Below, one piece after another: positions 19,167-29,379 of a stretch of DNA of 47,068 bases. The notes below the pieces were generated by a model. It saw only the letters and a program-made list of their open reading frames with translations. It searched no databases and was not told the DNA's origin. The stretch spans positions 1 through 47,068 of the forward strand of contig CABRQG010000001.1 in assembly GCA_902473035.1 (NCBI GenBank). Direction: 5' to 3'. The DNA is from an uncultured Eubacteriales bacterium (GTDB taxonomy: Bacteria; Bacillota; Clostridia; Christensenellales; Christensenellaceae). Position 1 is the stretch's first letter, and the number at the start of each line of letters is the position of its first letter. The position numbers and the translations under genes were made by a program.

Positions 19167-19781
19167 CTATCTTCTGGACTTGAGCTCTTCAAAAATAGCA
19201 GCTGGCCGCAACTCTCGCTGCTTGAGCAGTACCAGCAGATGGTATAAGAGATCTGCCGCCTCGTACTGCAATTCCTTTACATCGGGGTTTTTAGCGGCAA
19301 TGACCACTTCTGTGGCCTCCTCCCCAACCTTTTTGAGTGTCTTATCAATTCCCTTATCAAAAAGATAGTTGGTATAAGAACCCGGCTGAGGATTTTCCTT
19401 GCGATCTTCTATGACCGCAAAGAGCTCATTGAGAATCTCCGCTGTAGCAGGCTGGCTTTCCTTTTGCATAAGGTTAGTATAAAAGCAACTTTGATTTCCC
19501 GTGTGGCAGGCTGGCCCTGTCTGTGCTACCTTAGCCAGCAATGTATCTCTGTCGCAATCCACCTCTATGCTGACGATCTTCTGCACGTGTCCAGAGGTCT
19601 CTCCCTTTTTCCAGAGCTGCTTTCTGCTTCTGGAATAATAATGCATGTATCCTGTCTGCTCACACAGTTTGAGAGATTCCTCATTGACGTAAGCTAGCAT
19701 CAATACCTGTCCTGTATACGCGTCCTGTACAATACAGGGCATCAGCCCATGCGCATTAAATTTTAATTCCATATCCTTCAT
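19167..19781 (-). CDS. hisIE: bifunctional phosphoribosyl-AMP cyclohydrolase / phosphoribosyl-ATP pyrophosphatase
   Basis: 204 aa. N-terminal HisI (CDRDTLL..CHTG) and C-terminal HisE (EEATEVVIAAKN) halves. Confidence 0.9.
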   Translation of the reverse strand: MKDMELKFNAHGLMPCIVQDAYTGQVLMLAYVNEESLKLCEQTGYMHYYSRSRKQLWKKGETSGHVQKIVSIEVDCDRDTLLAKVAQTGPACHTGNQSCFYTNLMQKESQPATAEILNELFAVIEDRKENPQPGSYTNYLFDKGIDKTLKKVGEEATEVVIAAKNPDVKELQYEAADLLYHLLVLLKQRELRPAAIFEELKSRR

Positions 19782-19935
19782 ATGCTTCCCCTTATCTAAA
19801 CTGTCACAATTTTTATGGAATGGATTTTGTCCTTCCCTTTTTTCTCAGGGTTTCTACTGGCGATTTCTCGCAAAGATCCCTGGATTTTCACCTGTTAAAC
19901 TTTCTTCATTGCCGTGAGGCTTTTTCGCCCTCAGC

Positions 19936-20694
19936 TTATAGCCGCACTGGAATATTTTGCGATTTCAAATACTGCTTTAATTCCAAAATGGAGATCTCAT
20001 TGTAGTGAAACAGTGATGCCGCTAATACCGCACTGGCATCTGCTTGCTGTATGACATCTCGAAAATGTTCTAACTTTCCCGCTCCACCGGAGGCGATGAC
20101 TGGAATATGCAGTTCACTCGTTATGGCCCGGGTCAGCTCAATATCATACCCCGCTTTGGTGCCATCAGCATCCATGCTGGTGAGCAAAATCTCTCCCGCC
20201 CCCAGTTCCTGTGCCTGTTTTGCCCAAGCAATAGCGTCTTTTCCCGTGTTCACCCTTCCGCCATTTAAATACACTTCGTACTTTCCTTCTGCGGTTCGCT
20301 TGGCGTCAATGGCCACTACTATGCACTGGTTTCCAAACCGCTTGGCCCCTTCGCTAATTAGGCTAGGGTCTAAAATGGCAGCGGAATTGATAGATATCTT
20401 ATCCGCGCCCGTTTTAAGCAAAGTGCGCATGTCATCCACACTGCGAATTCCCCCACCTACTGTGAGGGGAATGAATACCTGCTCAGAGGTCTTCTGTACC
20501 ACATCCAGCATGATATTTCGCTTGTGTGCAGAGGCCGTGATATCTAAAAATACGATCTCGTCTGCTCCTTGCTCGTTATAGGCTTTGGCAATCTCTACAG
20601 GATCTCCTGCATCCTGTAGATTGACAAAGTTAACGCCCTTAACCACCCTGCCTGCATGCACATCCAGACAGGGAATAATGCGATGTGTTAACAT
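19936..20694 (-). CDS. hisF: imidazole glycerol phosphate synthase cyclase subunit
   Basis: IIPCLDV...[11 protein letters not shown]...ASGGAG signature; 252 aa. Confidence 0.92.
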   Translation of the reverse strand: MLTHRIIPCLDVHAGRVVKGVNFVNLQDAGDPVEIAKAYNEQGADEIVFLDITASAHKRNIMLDVVQKTSEQVFIPLTVGGGIRSVDDMRTLLKTGADKISINSAAILDPSLISEGAKRFGNQCIVVAIDAKRTAEGKYEVYLNGGRVNTGKDAIAWAKQAQELGAGEILLTSMDADGTKAGYDIELTRAITSELHIPVIASGGAGKLEHFRDVIQQADASAVLAASLFHYNEISILELKQYLKSQNIPVRL

Positions 20695-20701
20695 AAGCCT
20701 C

Positions 20702-21415
20702 CTACTTTCTGTTTTCCAACGCCTCTTTAAAGTCCAGCGTTCCCTCGTAAATAGACCGGCCCAAAATCACACCACAGGCCCCTGTATTCTTAATAGCCTC
20801 TAAGTCTTTTAAATCTTTCACGCCACCAGAGGCGATGATGTTCATCCAAGTCTTTTTCACTAGTCGCTCAATCCATTCGATATTTGGCCCACTGAGCATG
20901 CCATCTCTTAAGGTATCCGTGTAGATAATCGTGTCTATACCCATGTTGTGCATCTGCAGTGCCAAATCCACTGCATCTACATCCGTCTCTTCTACCCAGC
21001 CCTTGGTAACGACTTTGCCATTTTTCGCATCAATACCTACAGCAATTCTATCGCCAAATTTGGATTTCGCCCATTTGAGCAGCTCGATGTTTTCCACTGC
21101 TGCAGTGCCAATGACCACCCGAGAAACGCCTACTTCTTGAAGCCGTTCCGTGATATCCTCCTGGGTTCTAATGCCACCGCCCATTTGGACAGGAATTTTT
21201 ACCGATCTGACGATTTTTCTTACCGTCTCTTTATTTTCAAATACGCCGGAAAACGCCGCGTTTAAGTCTACAATATGAAGGTAATTGGCTCCCATGTTCT
21301 GCCATTTGAGCGCCATTTCCACTGGATCTCCATAATCAGTAAATTGATCCTTTTTTCCCTGTATCAGCCTGACACATCTTCCATCTAAAATATCAATTGC
21401 TGGATAAATTTTCAT
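20702..21415 (-). CDS. hisA: ProFAR isomerase
   Basis: [16 protein letters not shown]-terminus; 237 aa; lies between hisH and hisF. Confidence 0.9.
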   Translation of the reverse strand: MKIYPAIDILDGRCVRLIQGKKDQFTDYGDPVEMALKWQNMGANYLHIVDLNAAFSGVFENKETVRKIVRSVKIPVQMGGGIRTQEDITERLQEVGVSRVVIGTAAVENIELLKWAKSKFGDRIAVGIDAKNGKVVTKGWVEETDVDAVDLALQMHNMGIDTIIYTDTLRDGMLSGPNIEWIERLVKKTWMNIIASGGVKDLKDLEAIKNTGACGVILGRSIYEGTLDFKEALENRK

Positions 21416-22020
21416 GATTTTATACCTCCAAATTTATATAACATCGCAAGCCCGGTTTTCCCACTTTTCTCTGGATGAAACTGCAGGCCATACATTTGGT
21501 CCCTGTTTACCGCGCACACAAATGGATATCCGTAATTGGCTCTGGCAATCACGGATTCCTCCGGTACTTTGCTGGCATGAAACGAATGGACAAAATAGAC
21601 GTACTGTTCTTGTTCTTCCTTGCAAAACAGTGCGTTATCTTTTATGCTCTCCAAATTGTTAAAACCGATGTGTGGAATTTTCAGCCCTTCTTTGTGAAAT
21701 AAAACCACTTCTCCTGGAATCAGCCCCAAGCACTCATGCTGGCCCTTTTCCATACTCTGTTCAAACATCAGCTGCATCCCTAGGCAAATGCCTAGAAACG
21801 GTTTCCCTTTGGCCGTTTCTTTTAAAATCACGTCAAAAAGGCCCGTTTCCCTGAGCTGATGCAATGCATCTCCGGCTGCGCCCACGCCCGGTAGCACAAT
21901 ATGACTTGCATCCTCTATTTTTTTGCGGTCATCTGTGATAATTGCATCGTATCCCACAAACTCAAAGGCCTTTTGGACACTTCGCAAATTTCCCATTTTA
22001 TAATCGATAATTGCTATCAT
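21412..22020 (-). CDS. hisH: imidazole glycerol phosphate synthase glutaminase subunit
   Basis: Class I amidotransferase GICLGMQ and HSF motifs; 202 aa. Confidence 0.9.
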   Translation of the reverse strand: MIAIIDYKMGNLRSVQKAFEFVGYDAIITDDRKKIEDASHIVLPGVGAAGDALHQLRETGLFDVILKETAKGKPFLGICLGMQLMFEQSMEKGQHECLGLIPGEVVLFHKEGLKIPHIGFNNLESIKDNALFCKEEQEQYVYFVHSFHASKVPEESVIARANYGYPFVCAVNRDQMYGLQFHPEKSGKTGLAMLYKFGGIKS

Positions 22021-22025
22021 TCTAT

Positions 22026-22610
22026 CTATAGAACTCCTTTGGTGGAAAGCACTCCTTGAATTCGCCGGTCATATGTGGTAGCCATGTCCAACGCTTTTGC
22101 CAGCGCTTTAAAGACACCTTCAATAATATGATGGGTATTTTTGCCGTAAATCAGATTCACATGGAGGGTGATCTTTGCATTCATGGCGAACGCCCTTAAA
22201 AATTCCTCCAATAGCCCTGCGTCAAAATCCCCTGTCTTCTGCTCCTGAAATTCCACCTGGTATGCTAAAAACGGCCGGCCGCTGATATCCAGCGCCACTT
22301 CTATGAGCGCCTCATCCATGGGCAATCGCAAAAAACCATAGCGGCGGATTCCCGCTTTATCTCCCAGTGCTTTGTCAAAGGCCTGACCAAGGACGATACC
22401 CACATCTTCTACTGTGTGGTGCGCATCCACCCAAGTATCTCCATTGCAAGTTAAATCCAAGTCCATTAGGCCATGTCGGGCAAACAAAGTGAGCATGTGG
22501 TCAAAAAATCCCACACCTGTCTCTATACTGCTGGCGCCCTCGCCGTCTAAATTCAGATGTAAATCAATATCCGTCTCTGCCGTTTTTCGCGTCAAACTGG
22601 TACTTCTCAT
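22026..22610 (-). CDS. hisB: imidazoleglycerol-phosphate dehydratase
   Basis: DAHHTVEDVGIVLG and NTHHIIEG motifs; 194 aa. Confidence 0.9.
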   Translation of the reverse strand: MRSTSLTRKTAETDIDLHLNLDGEGASSIETGVGFFDHMLTLFARHGLMDLDLTCNGDTWVDAHHTVEDVGIVLGQAFDKALGDKAGIRRYGFLRLPMDEALIEVALDISGRPFLAYQVEFQEQKTGDFDAGLLEEFLRAFAMNAKITLHVNLIYGKNTHHIIEGVFKALAKALDMATTYDRRIQGVLSTKGVL

Positions 22611-22765
22611 CTTTTGTCTGCTTTCCTTTCCGGTCTCTGCCTTGTTATCCCTATCTCAACATTTAGAAAAGGGCATTTCTTTCCCCATTTTCTAAGCGTT
22701 TTACTGCCTTTTGCGCCTCTACTCAAAAACGCAAGCTACTTCCGTATTGCCTTTACCCTTCTCCC

Positions 22766-24061
22766 TTAGATATCCTCGAAGCGTATTTTAACCGCTCTCG
22801 CATGAGCCATCAAATCTTCCATTTTAGCAAATTCATAAATTTCCTCGTACACTTCCTCTAGTGCCTCTTTGGAATAACAAATCACGCTGGACTTTTTGAT
22901 GAAATCGTCCACAGAAAGAGGCGAAGAAAACCTCGCTGAGCCATTGGTAGGTAAAATGTGGTTTGGCCCTGCGAAATAGTCACCCAGCGGCTCGGGAGAG
23001 TACTCTCCTACAAAAATAGAGCCGGCATTTTTGATCTGCATCAGATAGTCTTTGGGATTTTTGAGGCAGATTTCCAGGTGTTCCGGGGCAATTTCATTGG
23101 CAATTTCCACCGATTCCTGTGCACTTTGGGTTATTATTATTGTACCATAATTTTCAAGAGATTTACATACTATTTCTCGTTTTGGCAATTTCTCTATTTG
23201 AACTGCAATTTCCTCCTGCACCTTCTGAGCCAACTCCACGCTGTGTGTTACCAGTACACAGGCCGCCAGTTCATCATGCTCCGCTTGAGACAGAAAATCC
23301 GCTGCAATCCGTTTGGGAGTTGCCGTTTCGTCTGCCAAGATGAGTATTTCTGAGGGGCCGGCGATCATGTCAATGCCCACCTGCCCGTACACCTCTTTTT
23401 TAGCCAATGCCACAAAAATATTCCCCGGCCCTGTGATTTTATCCACTTTGGGAATGGACTGTGTGCCATAGGCAAATGCCGCCACAGCCTGCGCTCCTCC
23501 CATTTTGTAGATGCGGGTCGCCCCGGCAATATCCGCCGCACACAAGGTGAGGGGATTAATGTTTCCCTGTTTATCCGGCGGCGTGGCCACGAATATCTCC
23601 TTTACCCCTGCCACTTGCGCGGGTATGATGTTCATGAGCACACTGGATGGATACACCGCCTTTCCGCCCGGTACATATACCCCTGCCTTATCTAGCGGTC
23701 GAATCAGCTGGCCCAACATTTTCCCATTTTCTTCGTAGGTAAAGGATTGACGCTTTTGCCGTTGATGAAACGCCCGGATGTTTTCTGCTGCGTGTTTTAC
23801 CACTTCAAGGATTCGTTCATCCACCTGCGTATGTGCCTGTTTGATCTCCTGCTCAGAGACCACAATGTTGCTTTCATTGACTGCAAAGCCATCTAGCTTC
23901 TTTGTATAGGCAAAGAGCGCTTGATCTCCCCTGGCAGCCACGTCTGCCACGATCTCTTTGACGATCTTTCCCTCTTTTTCAAAATCTCCATTTGCCCTTT
24001 GCAAAAGTCTCTTTTTCAGTTCTTCTTTTTCCTGTCCATTAATCACTTTTAACATTTGCAT
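22766..24061 (-). CDS. hisD: histidinol dehydrogenase
   Basis: 431 aa; SQAEHD and GDYFAGPNHILPT motifs. Confidence 0.92.
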   Translation of the reverse strand: MQMLKVINGQEKEELKKRLLQRANGDFEKEGKIVKEIVADVAARGDQALFAYTKKLDGFAVNESNIVVSEQEIKQAHTQVDERILEVVKHAAENIRAFHQRQKRQSFTYEENGKMLGQLIRPLDKAGVYVPGGKAVYPSSVLMNIIPAQVAGVKEIFVATPPDKQGNINPLTLCAADIAGATRIYKMGGAQAVAAFAYGTQSIPKVDKITGPGNIFVALAKKEVYGQVGIDMIAGPSEILILADETATPKRIAADFLSQAEHDELAACVLVTHSVELAQKVQEEIAVQIEKLPKREIVCKSLENYGTIIITQSAQESVEIANEIAPEHLEICLKNPKDYLMQIKNAGSIFVGEYSPEPLGDYFAGPNHILPTNGSARFSSPLSVDDFIKKSSVICYSKEALEEVYEEIYEFAKMEDLMAHARAVKIRFEDI

Positions 24062-24099
24062 ACCCTCATCTTATAGTCCGTCTGCTTTTCATCGGCTCC

Positions 24100-24750
24100 C
24101 TATTTTTCTCTCTCTTCCCTTTGAGCCAATACTTTTTTCATCTTGTCGATCAGTGGCCGAATCTGTCCCGCCTTGGTCTTTAGACTCACCTTGTTGCCAG
24201 CCAGTCTGGCGGAGATGTCCATCACATCCTCCAGCACATCCAGGCCATTCTCTCGGAGCGTTCTGCCGCTCTCCACAATGTCCACAATGACATCTGAAAG
24301 CCCCAAAATGGGCGCTAACTCGATACTGCCATTGAGTTTGATCAGCTCAATATCCTCCCCCTTGGAGGCATAATACATTTTTGCCACTCTCATATACTTG
24401 GTAGCCACTCGTTTAAGGCCTGATGTTATGGGCTTTTTCCTGTCTTGAGCATATCCACAGACACATAATTTGCACTTGGCAAAATTGAGATCTAACATCT
24501 CGTATAAGGGAAGGCCCGCCTCCAGCAGCGTGTCCTTGCCCACAATTCCCATATCGGCAATGCCACTGTCCACGTATACCGGCACATCGGATGGCTTTAC
24601 CATGAGAAAGCGAAACTCTTTTGTCCGGTCAAAAAACACCAGTTTGCGGGAGTTTTCCTTGAGTTCTGTCAAATCCAGTCCACAATCCTCCAACAGCTGA
24701 ATGGCAAAATCCGCCAGTCTTCCCTTGGCCAGGGCGATGGTTATTTGCAT
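24100..24750 (-). CDS. hisG: ATP phosphoribosyltransferase (short form)
   Basis: 216 aa, ITIALAKGRL N-terminus. Overlaps hisZ by 10 nt. Confidence 0.9.
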   Translation of the reverse strand: MQITIALAKGRLADFAIQLLEDCGLDLTELKENSRKLVFFDRTKEFRFLMVKPSDVPVYVDSGIADMGIVGKDTLLEAGLPLYEMLDLNFAKCKLCVCGYAQDRKKPITSGLKRVATKYMRVAKMYYASKGEDIELIKLNGSIELAPILGLSDVIVDIVESGRTLRENGLDVLEDVMDISARLAGNKVSLKTKAGQIRPLIDKMKKVLAQREEREK

Positions 24751-25946
24751 GTCCCTTCGCCTCCTTCATACTCTTTTTTTCCCTCTTTGCCAAAAACAAT
24801 AGCCCTTTCATATTCCGCCGGGCAGCCATCCGGCAAAACCTCTTGCTGTTCCAGCACAGCTGAGATGCCTTTCTTTCTCTGTTCATACACATAGGCAATC
24901 GCCTGGCGTCGGGTCTCTCTTTCACACACCACCAGTATTTTAGGACAAACCGGCGCGTATAGGTTCCCCTGTTTTTCCAGGGCGATCATCATCCGTTTAA
25001 TGCCCATGGCAAACCCCACGGCCGGGGCAGAACGCCCAAATTCACTCAGCAGTGTGTCATATCTGCCTCCAGAGAGCACAGGCACGCCAATCTCGTTAGT
25101 GATGCCGCGGAAAATCACGCCAGAGTAGTAGTTCAAATTGTGGAGCATGGAGAGATCAATGCTCAAATACTGGGCAAATCCGTAATCCTCCAGAATGTCT
25201 AGGATTCCCTCCAGGTTATCCAGCGCCTTCTGGCAAGCTTCCCCTTTGCCGATTTCCCGCGCTTTAGCGATCACTTCCCGCTCTCCGAACAGTTCAGGGA
25301 GTGCCAAAATCCGCTCCTTATCCTCTTTTGCCACTTTCAAGCGGGTGAGAGCGAACTCCAGATCCACCGTATTTTTGGTGTCGATCAGCTTTCTCAGCTC
25401 TTCAATCTCCTGTTCGTTTAGACCCAGTCCTTCTACCAGGCCTTTAAAGTACCCGGCGTGGCCGATATCCAGCTTAAAACCCTGGAGGCCTGCGGTCAAA
25501 ATGGAGTGAATGGCAAGGGAGATCACCTCTGCATCAGCGCTACATCCTCCTAGCCCTAGCAACTCCACCCCGGCTTGGGTGTATTCACTTCTGGAGCTCT
25601 CATTGTATTCCCGTACGCCAAAGGCATTTTGCACATAGCACAGCCTTAAAATATCCCGCTCGTTCATCAGTTTCGTCGCAGCAATTCTGGCGATGGGCAC
25701 TGTGATGTCCGGCCGCAGCACCATAATCCGGCCCTTTAAGTCAAAAAACTTGATCATATTCTCCTGTAAATAGGAACTGGTATCCCCTACAAATACATCG
25801 TAATACTCAAACGTAGGGGTTTCAATTTCATCGTATCCCCATAGAAAAAATTCTCTTTTCAGTTTTTGGATTAGCTCTCTCTTTGCCCCACACTCTAGGG
25901 GAAGACAGTCTGAGACTCCCTCGGGCAACCCCTTTTTCAGTTGCAT
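24741..25946 (-). CDS. hisZ: ATP phosphoribosyltransferase regulatory subunit (HisRS paralog)
   Basis: 401 aa with a class II aaRS-like core (GGRYD). Lies directly upstream of the short-form hisG. Confidence 0.85.
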   Translation of the reverse strand: MQLKKGLPEGVSDCLPLECGAKRELIQKLKREFFLWGYDEIETPTFEYYDVFVGDTSSYLQENMIKFFDLKGRIMVLRPDITVPIARIAATKLMNERDILRLCYVQNAFGVREYNESSRSEYTQAGVELLGLGGCSADAEVISLAIHSILTAGLQGFKLDIGHAGYFKGLVEGLGLNEQEIEELRKLIDTKNTVDLEFALTRLKVAKEDKERILALPELFGEREVIAKAREIGKGEACQKALDNLEGILDILEDYGFAQYLSIDLSMLHNLNYYSGVIFRGITNEIGVPVLSGGRYDTLLSEFGRSAPAVGFAMGIKRMMIALEKQGNLYAPVCPKILVVCERETRRQAIAYVYEQRKKGISAVLEQQEVLPDGCPAEYERAIVFGKEGKKEYEGGEGTCK

Positions 25947-26063
25947 ATCTTATTCCTCCTAAATAGCCATTTGCCTTTCACACATAAAGGCCGCTATCAT
26001 GCTTATTTGGGCCAATTCTCCGCCCCGCTATATTTTATCGTATTAAATCACTAATATGCTAAT

Positions 26064-26092
26064 ATGATATATTATTTCTCCGCAATTGTCAA
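26064..26092 (-). promoter_or_regulatory. candidate his operon promoter
   Basis: Minus strand: TTGACA (26087-26092), 17 nt, TATCAT (26064-26069). Confidence 0.4.
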
Positions 26093-26281
26093 TTCCCCAA
26101 CCAAACAAATCCTATTTTCTCTTTTCTAACACACATTTTTCCCCTCAAATTATATATACCCAAAGTACGGGAACATTCTTGAAAAAATCCATCTGCAAAG
26201 TATTTCATAATCTTATGATCACAGTTCGCTGTTCTTTGGGAATTTCCACGCCTTTCCCTCTGCCCAATGATATCGAAATAC

Positions 26282-26315
26282 AAAAAACCCTGCCAACCAC
26301 AGCAGGCCAGCAGGG
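26282..26315 (-). terminator. ddh terminator
   Basis: Minus strand: CCCTGC...GCAGGG hairpin followed by TTTTTTG. Confidence 0.75.
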
Positions 26316-26325
26316 CAATTCATCT

Positions 26326-27318
26326 TTACAATAGTGTCCGTCTCAGCTCTTCCGCCGATTTGGCCGAAAGATAGCAAGGTGGGATGTCAAACACCGTTTT
26401 GGCTCCAACCTCTCCCTGCTCTTTGAGCCGTGCAACAGCTCTTGCATAGCACACTAAAATGCTGGCAGTAAATTCCGGGTTGCTCTCCAGCGCCAGAGAG
26501 TATTCGATCTTTTGCTTGGTCTTTTTATCCGCTCCTGTTCTGCCTGTGCGAATGACAAATCCTCCATGGGGCATACCCGTGTGATTGGCAAAGTACTCTT
26601 CTTCGGAAATAAAGTGGACATGGGTGGTGTAATCTGCAAAGTAGTTGGGCATGGTCTTAATATCCTGCTCCACCTGATTGGCGTCTGCGCCCTCTTTGAG
26701 CACCACGTAGCACTCTCTGAGATGTTTTTCTCCCGTAGAGAGCTCAGGATTTTCCCCACTTCTCACCCGCTCCACAGCCTCTTCAATGGGAACGGTATAT
26801 TGGCAGGCGTATTTCACCCCTGCTACCCTGCGAATGGCATCTGAGTGACCCTGGCTGACGCCCTTGCCCCAAAAAGTATAATCCTGTCCATCTGGCAAAA
26901 TGGCGCTGGCAATCATGCGGTTGAGCGAAAACATTCCCGGATCCCAGCCGATGGAAATGGCACCCACATGGCCTGCCTGCCTTAAGGACTTGTCCACCGC
27001 CTCAAAGTATTCTGGAATTTTAGCGTGGGTATCGAAGCTGTCTACCGTGCAGAACAGCTTGGCGATCTCCGGCCCTTGTGCCGGCAAATCGGTAGCTGAT
27101 CCGCCGCATAAAATCATCACATCAATCTTACCCTGATACTGTTTTAAGTTCTCAATGGGCTCTTTTTTGGCCGTCTTGGTAAATATGTTTAGATCTTTAG
27201 GATCTCTTCTGGTAAATACTGCACAAAGCTCGATATCGTCATTTTGGGCGATACTGTATTCACATGCTTTTCCCAAATTGCCGTATCCAACAATTCCTAC
27301 TCTAATTTTTCTATCCAT
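26326..27318 (-). CDS. ddh: meso-diaminopimelate D-dehydrogenase
   Basis: IRVGIVGYGNLGK Rossmann N-terminus and Ddh-like body. GGAGG sits 6 nt before ATG 27318; the ORF track start 27360 is too early. Confidence 0.8.
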   Translation of the reverse strand: MDRKIRVGIVGYGNLGKACEYSIAQNDDIELCAVFTRRDPKDLNIFTKTAKKEPIENLKQYQGKIDVMILCGGSATDLPAQGPEIAKLFCTVDSFDTHAKIPEYFEAVDKSLRQAGHVGAISIGWDPGMFSLNRMIASAILPDGQDYTFWGKGVSQGHSDAIRRVAGVKYACQYTVPIEEAVERVRSGENPELSTGEKHLRECYVVLKEGADANQVEQDIKTMPNYFADYTTHVHFISEEEYFANHTGMPHGGFVIRTGRTGADKKTKQKIEYSLALESNPEFTASILVCYARAVARLKEQGEVGAKTVFDIPPCYLSAKSAEELRRTLL

Positions 27319-27374
27319 CTTTTGCCTCCATAACAAAAAATCTATCATTTTTCCCATCATTTTTGATACTTTTC

Positions 27375-27402
27375 ATTGTAGCAGAGTCATTTGATCTGTC
27401 AA
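27375..27402 (-). promoter_or_regulatory. ddh promoter
   Basis: Minus strand: TTGACA (27397-27402), 16 nt, TACAAT (27375-27380). Confidence 0.6.
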
Positions 27403-27549
27403 GAGATATCTCTCCCTAAGAAATAAAATGCATCCAATAAGCCCATTATTTTTCCTTTTTGCTAATCCGCTTGAATCAAGTAAGGCACAAGATTGTCTGA
27501 TTAGAATATTTATTTGCCATTTAGAGAAGCGAGGTTCTGTTCAACAATC

Positions 27550-28064
27550 TACACCATATTAGATGTATACAAAGTGTTCTCACCTTTTTTATGTTTCAAA
27601 ATACACTATATTAGATATCAACTAAACCTATGATAAATCTAACAAGAGCAAAACTAGCATTGGGATATTTTACTCCTTATTAGATGTAAAACATATATTC
27701 TACACCTAATTCGGTGTTTACTTTTCTTTAGTCAAAAGATTTTTACACTATATCAAGTGTATAATCCTATCGTTTTGCCACCCCTAAATACACCTAATAC
27801 AATGTATTTTATGCCCACAGAAATTGCTCTACCATTTATCCTTATTAGTTGGCATTTCTCTTTATCACATGCACTTATTCAAAGATATCGCCTTTTTATA
27901 TCATTTTAAGTGTTTTTTGTAAAGTCCCGGCACCCTCCTTCTTGTATTTTTTACACTTAATTTAGTGTAAATAGTTCAACATCATGTTTTCCAAATTAAG
28001 CGTATTTCGTTTTATCGCTTCCAAAGGGTTGACTGCCCCCTTTTTTTACATCATTTTAGATATT
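27550..28064. repeat. field of nine 18-bp palindromic motifs TACAYC-N6-GRTGTA in ORF-free AT-rich DNA
   Basis: Copies start at 27550, 27602, 27671, 27701, 27744, 27789, 27897 (weak), 27952 (perfect arms TTACAC/GTGTAA) and 28047. Confidence 0.8.
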
Positions 28065-28144
28065 TCCTCACGCGTTTATTTTATAGAATCACTTTCCTCA
28101 TCTAAGTGGCACACATCCTTTTCTCCATTCAATTTTTTCTCATA

Positions 28145-28172
28145 GCAAAAGAAGCAGCTCCAAAGCTGCTCC
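28145..28172 (-). terminator. terminator of lipoprotein paralog A
   Basis: Minus strand: AGCAGCT-TTGG-AGCTGCT then TCTTTTGC. The same 38-nt block recurs at 29610-29647. Confidence 0.75.
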
Positions 28173-28185
28173 CTCACTACTTACT

Positions 28186-29379
28186 TTAATTACTTACCCT
28201 TAATCCTCTCTCCTCCTGTATCTGAGCGTAGAGAGCATCTAAGTCTCTCTCCCCTAGATAATAGCTTTGTATATCTATACTACTAACAGTATCTCCCCTT
28301 ATTTCAATCTTCAGCCAGTATTCTGTCACATCTTCAACTGGTTTTTCATCCTTAGATCTATCTCGAGTGCATACACTCCAAGTATTCCCCTGTTTTTGAA
28401 CTCCTAAGTCAATATATCCATCTATTTTCAGTATGTCCCGATTGGTTTTTGCAAATTCTTCCAACGTTTTTCCTTTCCATTGCTCTTCGGATATTGGTCT
28501 GCTGTAAAAATTTATACTCGATATTGTGAAATCCCCATAGGCCTCACATAATTCTTCCATCTTGCTTAGAAATCCTATTCCTCGCAGAGTAGTACAATCT
28601 TGGTAAGAACTATTCATACCGTATATTCTACTCTCAACTATGGGGTATTTTTCCGTTGCCGTATCCGTATACACTGGTTCACTTCCCCTATATATGCCAA
28701 ATTCTTGTTCTGATATATTCTCCAGTATCTCTCCCTGATATTTTGAAGGCTGCTTTGTTGTTTGTTCCTGAAGTACGTCTTCTTCTTTTTCCTCAGGATG
28801 CGCTCCAAAACGCCACATATCTATACACTCTAATATCATCTTCCCATATTGATCATCAAACTGAAAATCTACAGAATATCTTACATCTTCTTCGGACACT
28901 GGCTCTCGAGTAAATTCACAAGTTCCCGGCTTGCAATACCAGGTATATCCGATATAACAGCTGCCTAACGCCCCACTCCAATTTGGACCTGCTAATTCCT
29001 TCATTTGATCCAAGTTTTCAATAGGCTCTGAAAATCCACTAAAAGATACCTCATCTGGCATTCCCCAGCCTTCATATGCTTCCAGCATTTGCTCCAAGCT
29101 ATCTTGTAGTTTAATTCCTCGCCAGGTTTCATAAGCCAAGTTTTCCGTGTCAAAGTAGCTTGTATACTTTATATAAACTCTCGCCAAACTAGGCTCTCCT
29201 TCCAAATCGATGTGCTTATCTAGCTTGCCATCTTTATAGAGGCCAAAATCCGCTAAAGTTGCCCCTCCTGTTTTGGGTTCTTTATCATACGGCCTATTTT
29301 CTGGCTCCCCAGTGCACCCTATCACCCCTATTAGACATGCACATACTAGTATGATGATCCCTATAATCCGTTTCCCCAT
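28186..29379 (-). CDS. two-domain lipoprotein, paralog A
   Basis: Start set at MGKRIIGIIILVCACLIGVIGC (lipobox), by alignment with paralog B and the shared GA-rich RBS. The ORF track begins at 29463. Confidence 0.7.
   Translation of the reverse strand: MGKRIIGIIILVCACLIGVIGCTGEPENRPYDKEPKTGGATLADFGLYKDGKLDKHIDLEGEPSLARVYIKYTSYFDTENLAYETWRGIKLQDSLEQMLEAYEGWGMPDEVSFSGFSEPIENLDQMKELAGPNWSGALGSCYIGYTWYCKPGTCEFTREPVSEEDVRYSVDFQFDDQYGKMILECIDMWRFGAHPEEKEEDVLQEQTTKQPSKYQGEILENISEQEFGIYRGSEPVYTDTATEKYPIVESRIYGMNSSYQDCTTLRGIGFLSKMEELCEAYGDFTISSINFYSRPISEEQWKGKTLEEFAKTNRDILKIDGYIDLGVQKQGNTWSVCTRDRSKDEKPVEDVTEYWLKIEIRGDTVSSIDIQSYYLGERDLDALYAQIQEERGLRVSN

Noticed and set aside
22611-22765. 155-bp gaps in the his operon (hisD-hisB, and hisF-hisIE at 19782-19935) and the absence of hisC.
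   Set aside because: The hisZGDBHAF(IE) order without hisC is the normal Bacillus-type arrangement. The gaps contain no ORF, repeat or convincing structure.
27550-28064. Interpreting the palindrome field as bona fide NrdR boxes or as a degenerate CRISPR or tandem repeat.
   Set aside because: Spacing is irregular and no nrd genes are adjacent. The similarity to the NrdR box comes from memory of a consensus only. It is kept as a hypothesis in the findings, not as an annotation.
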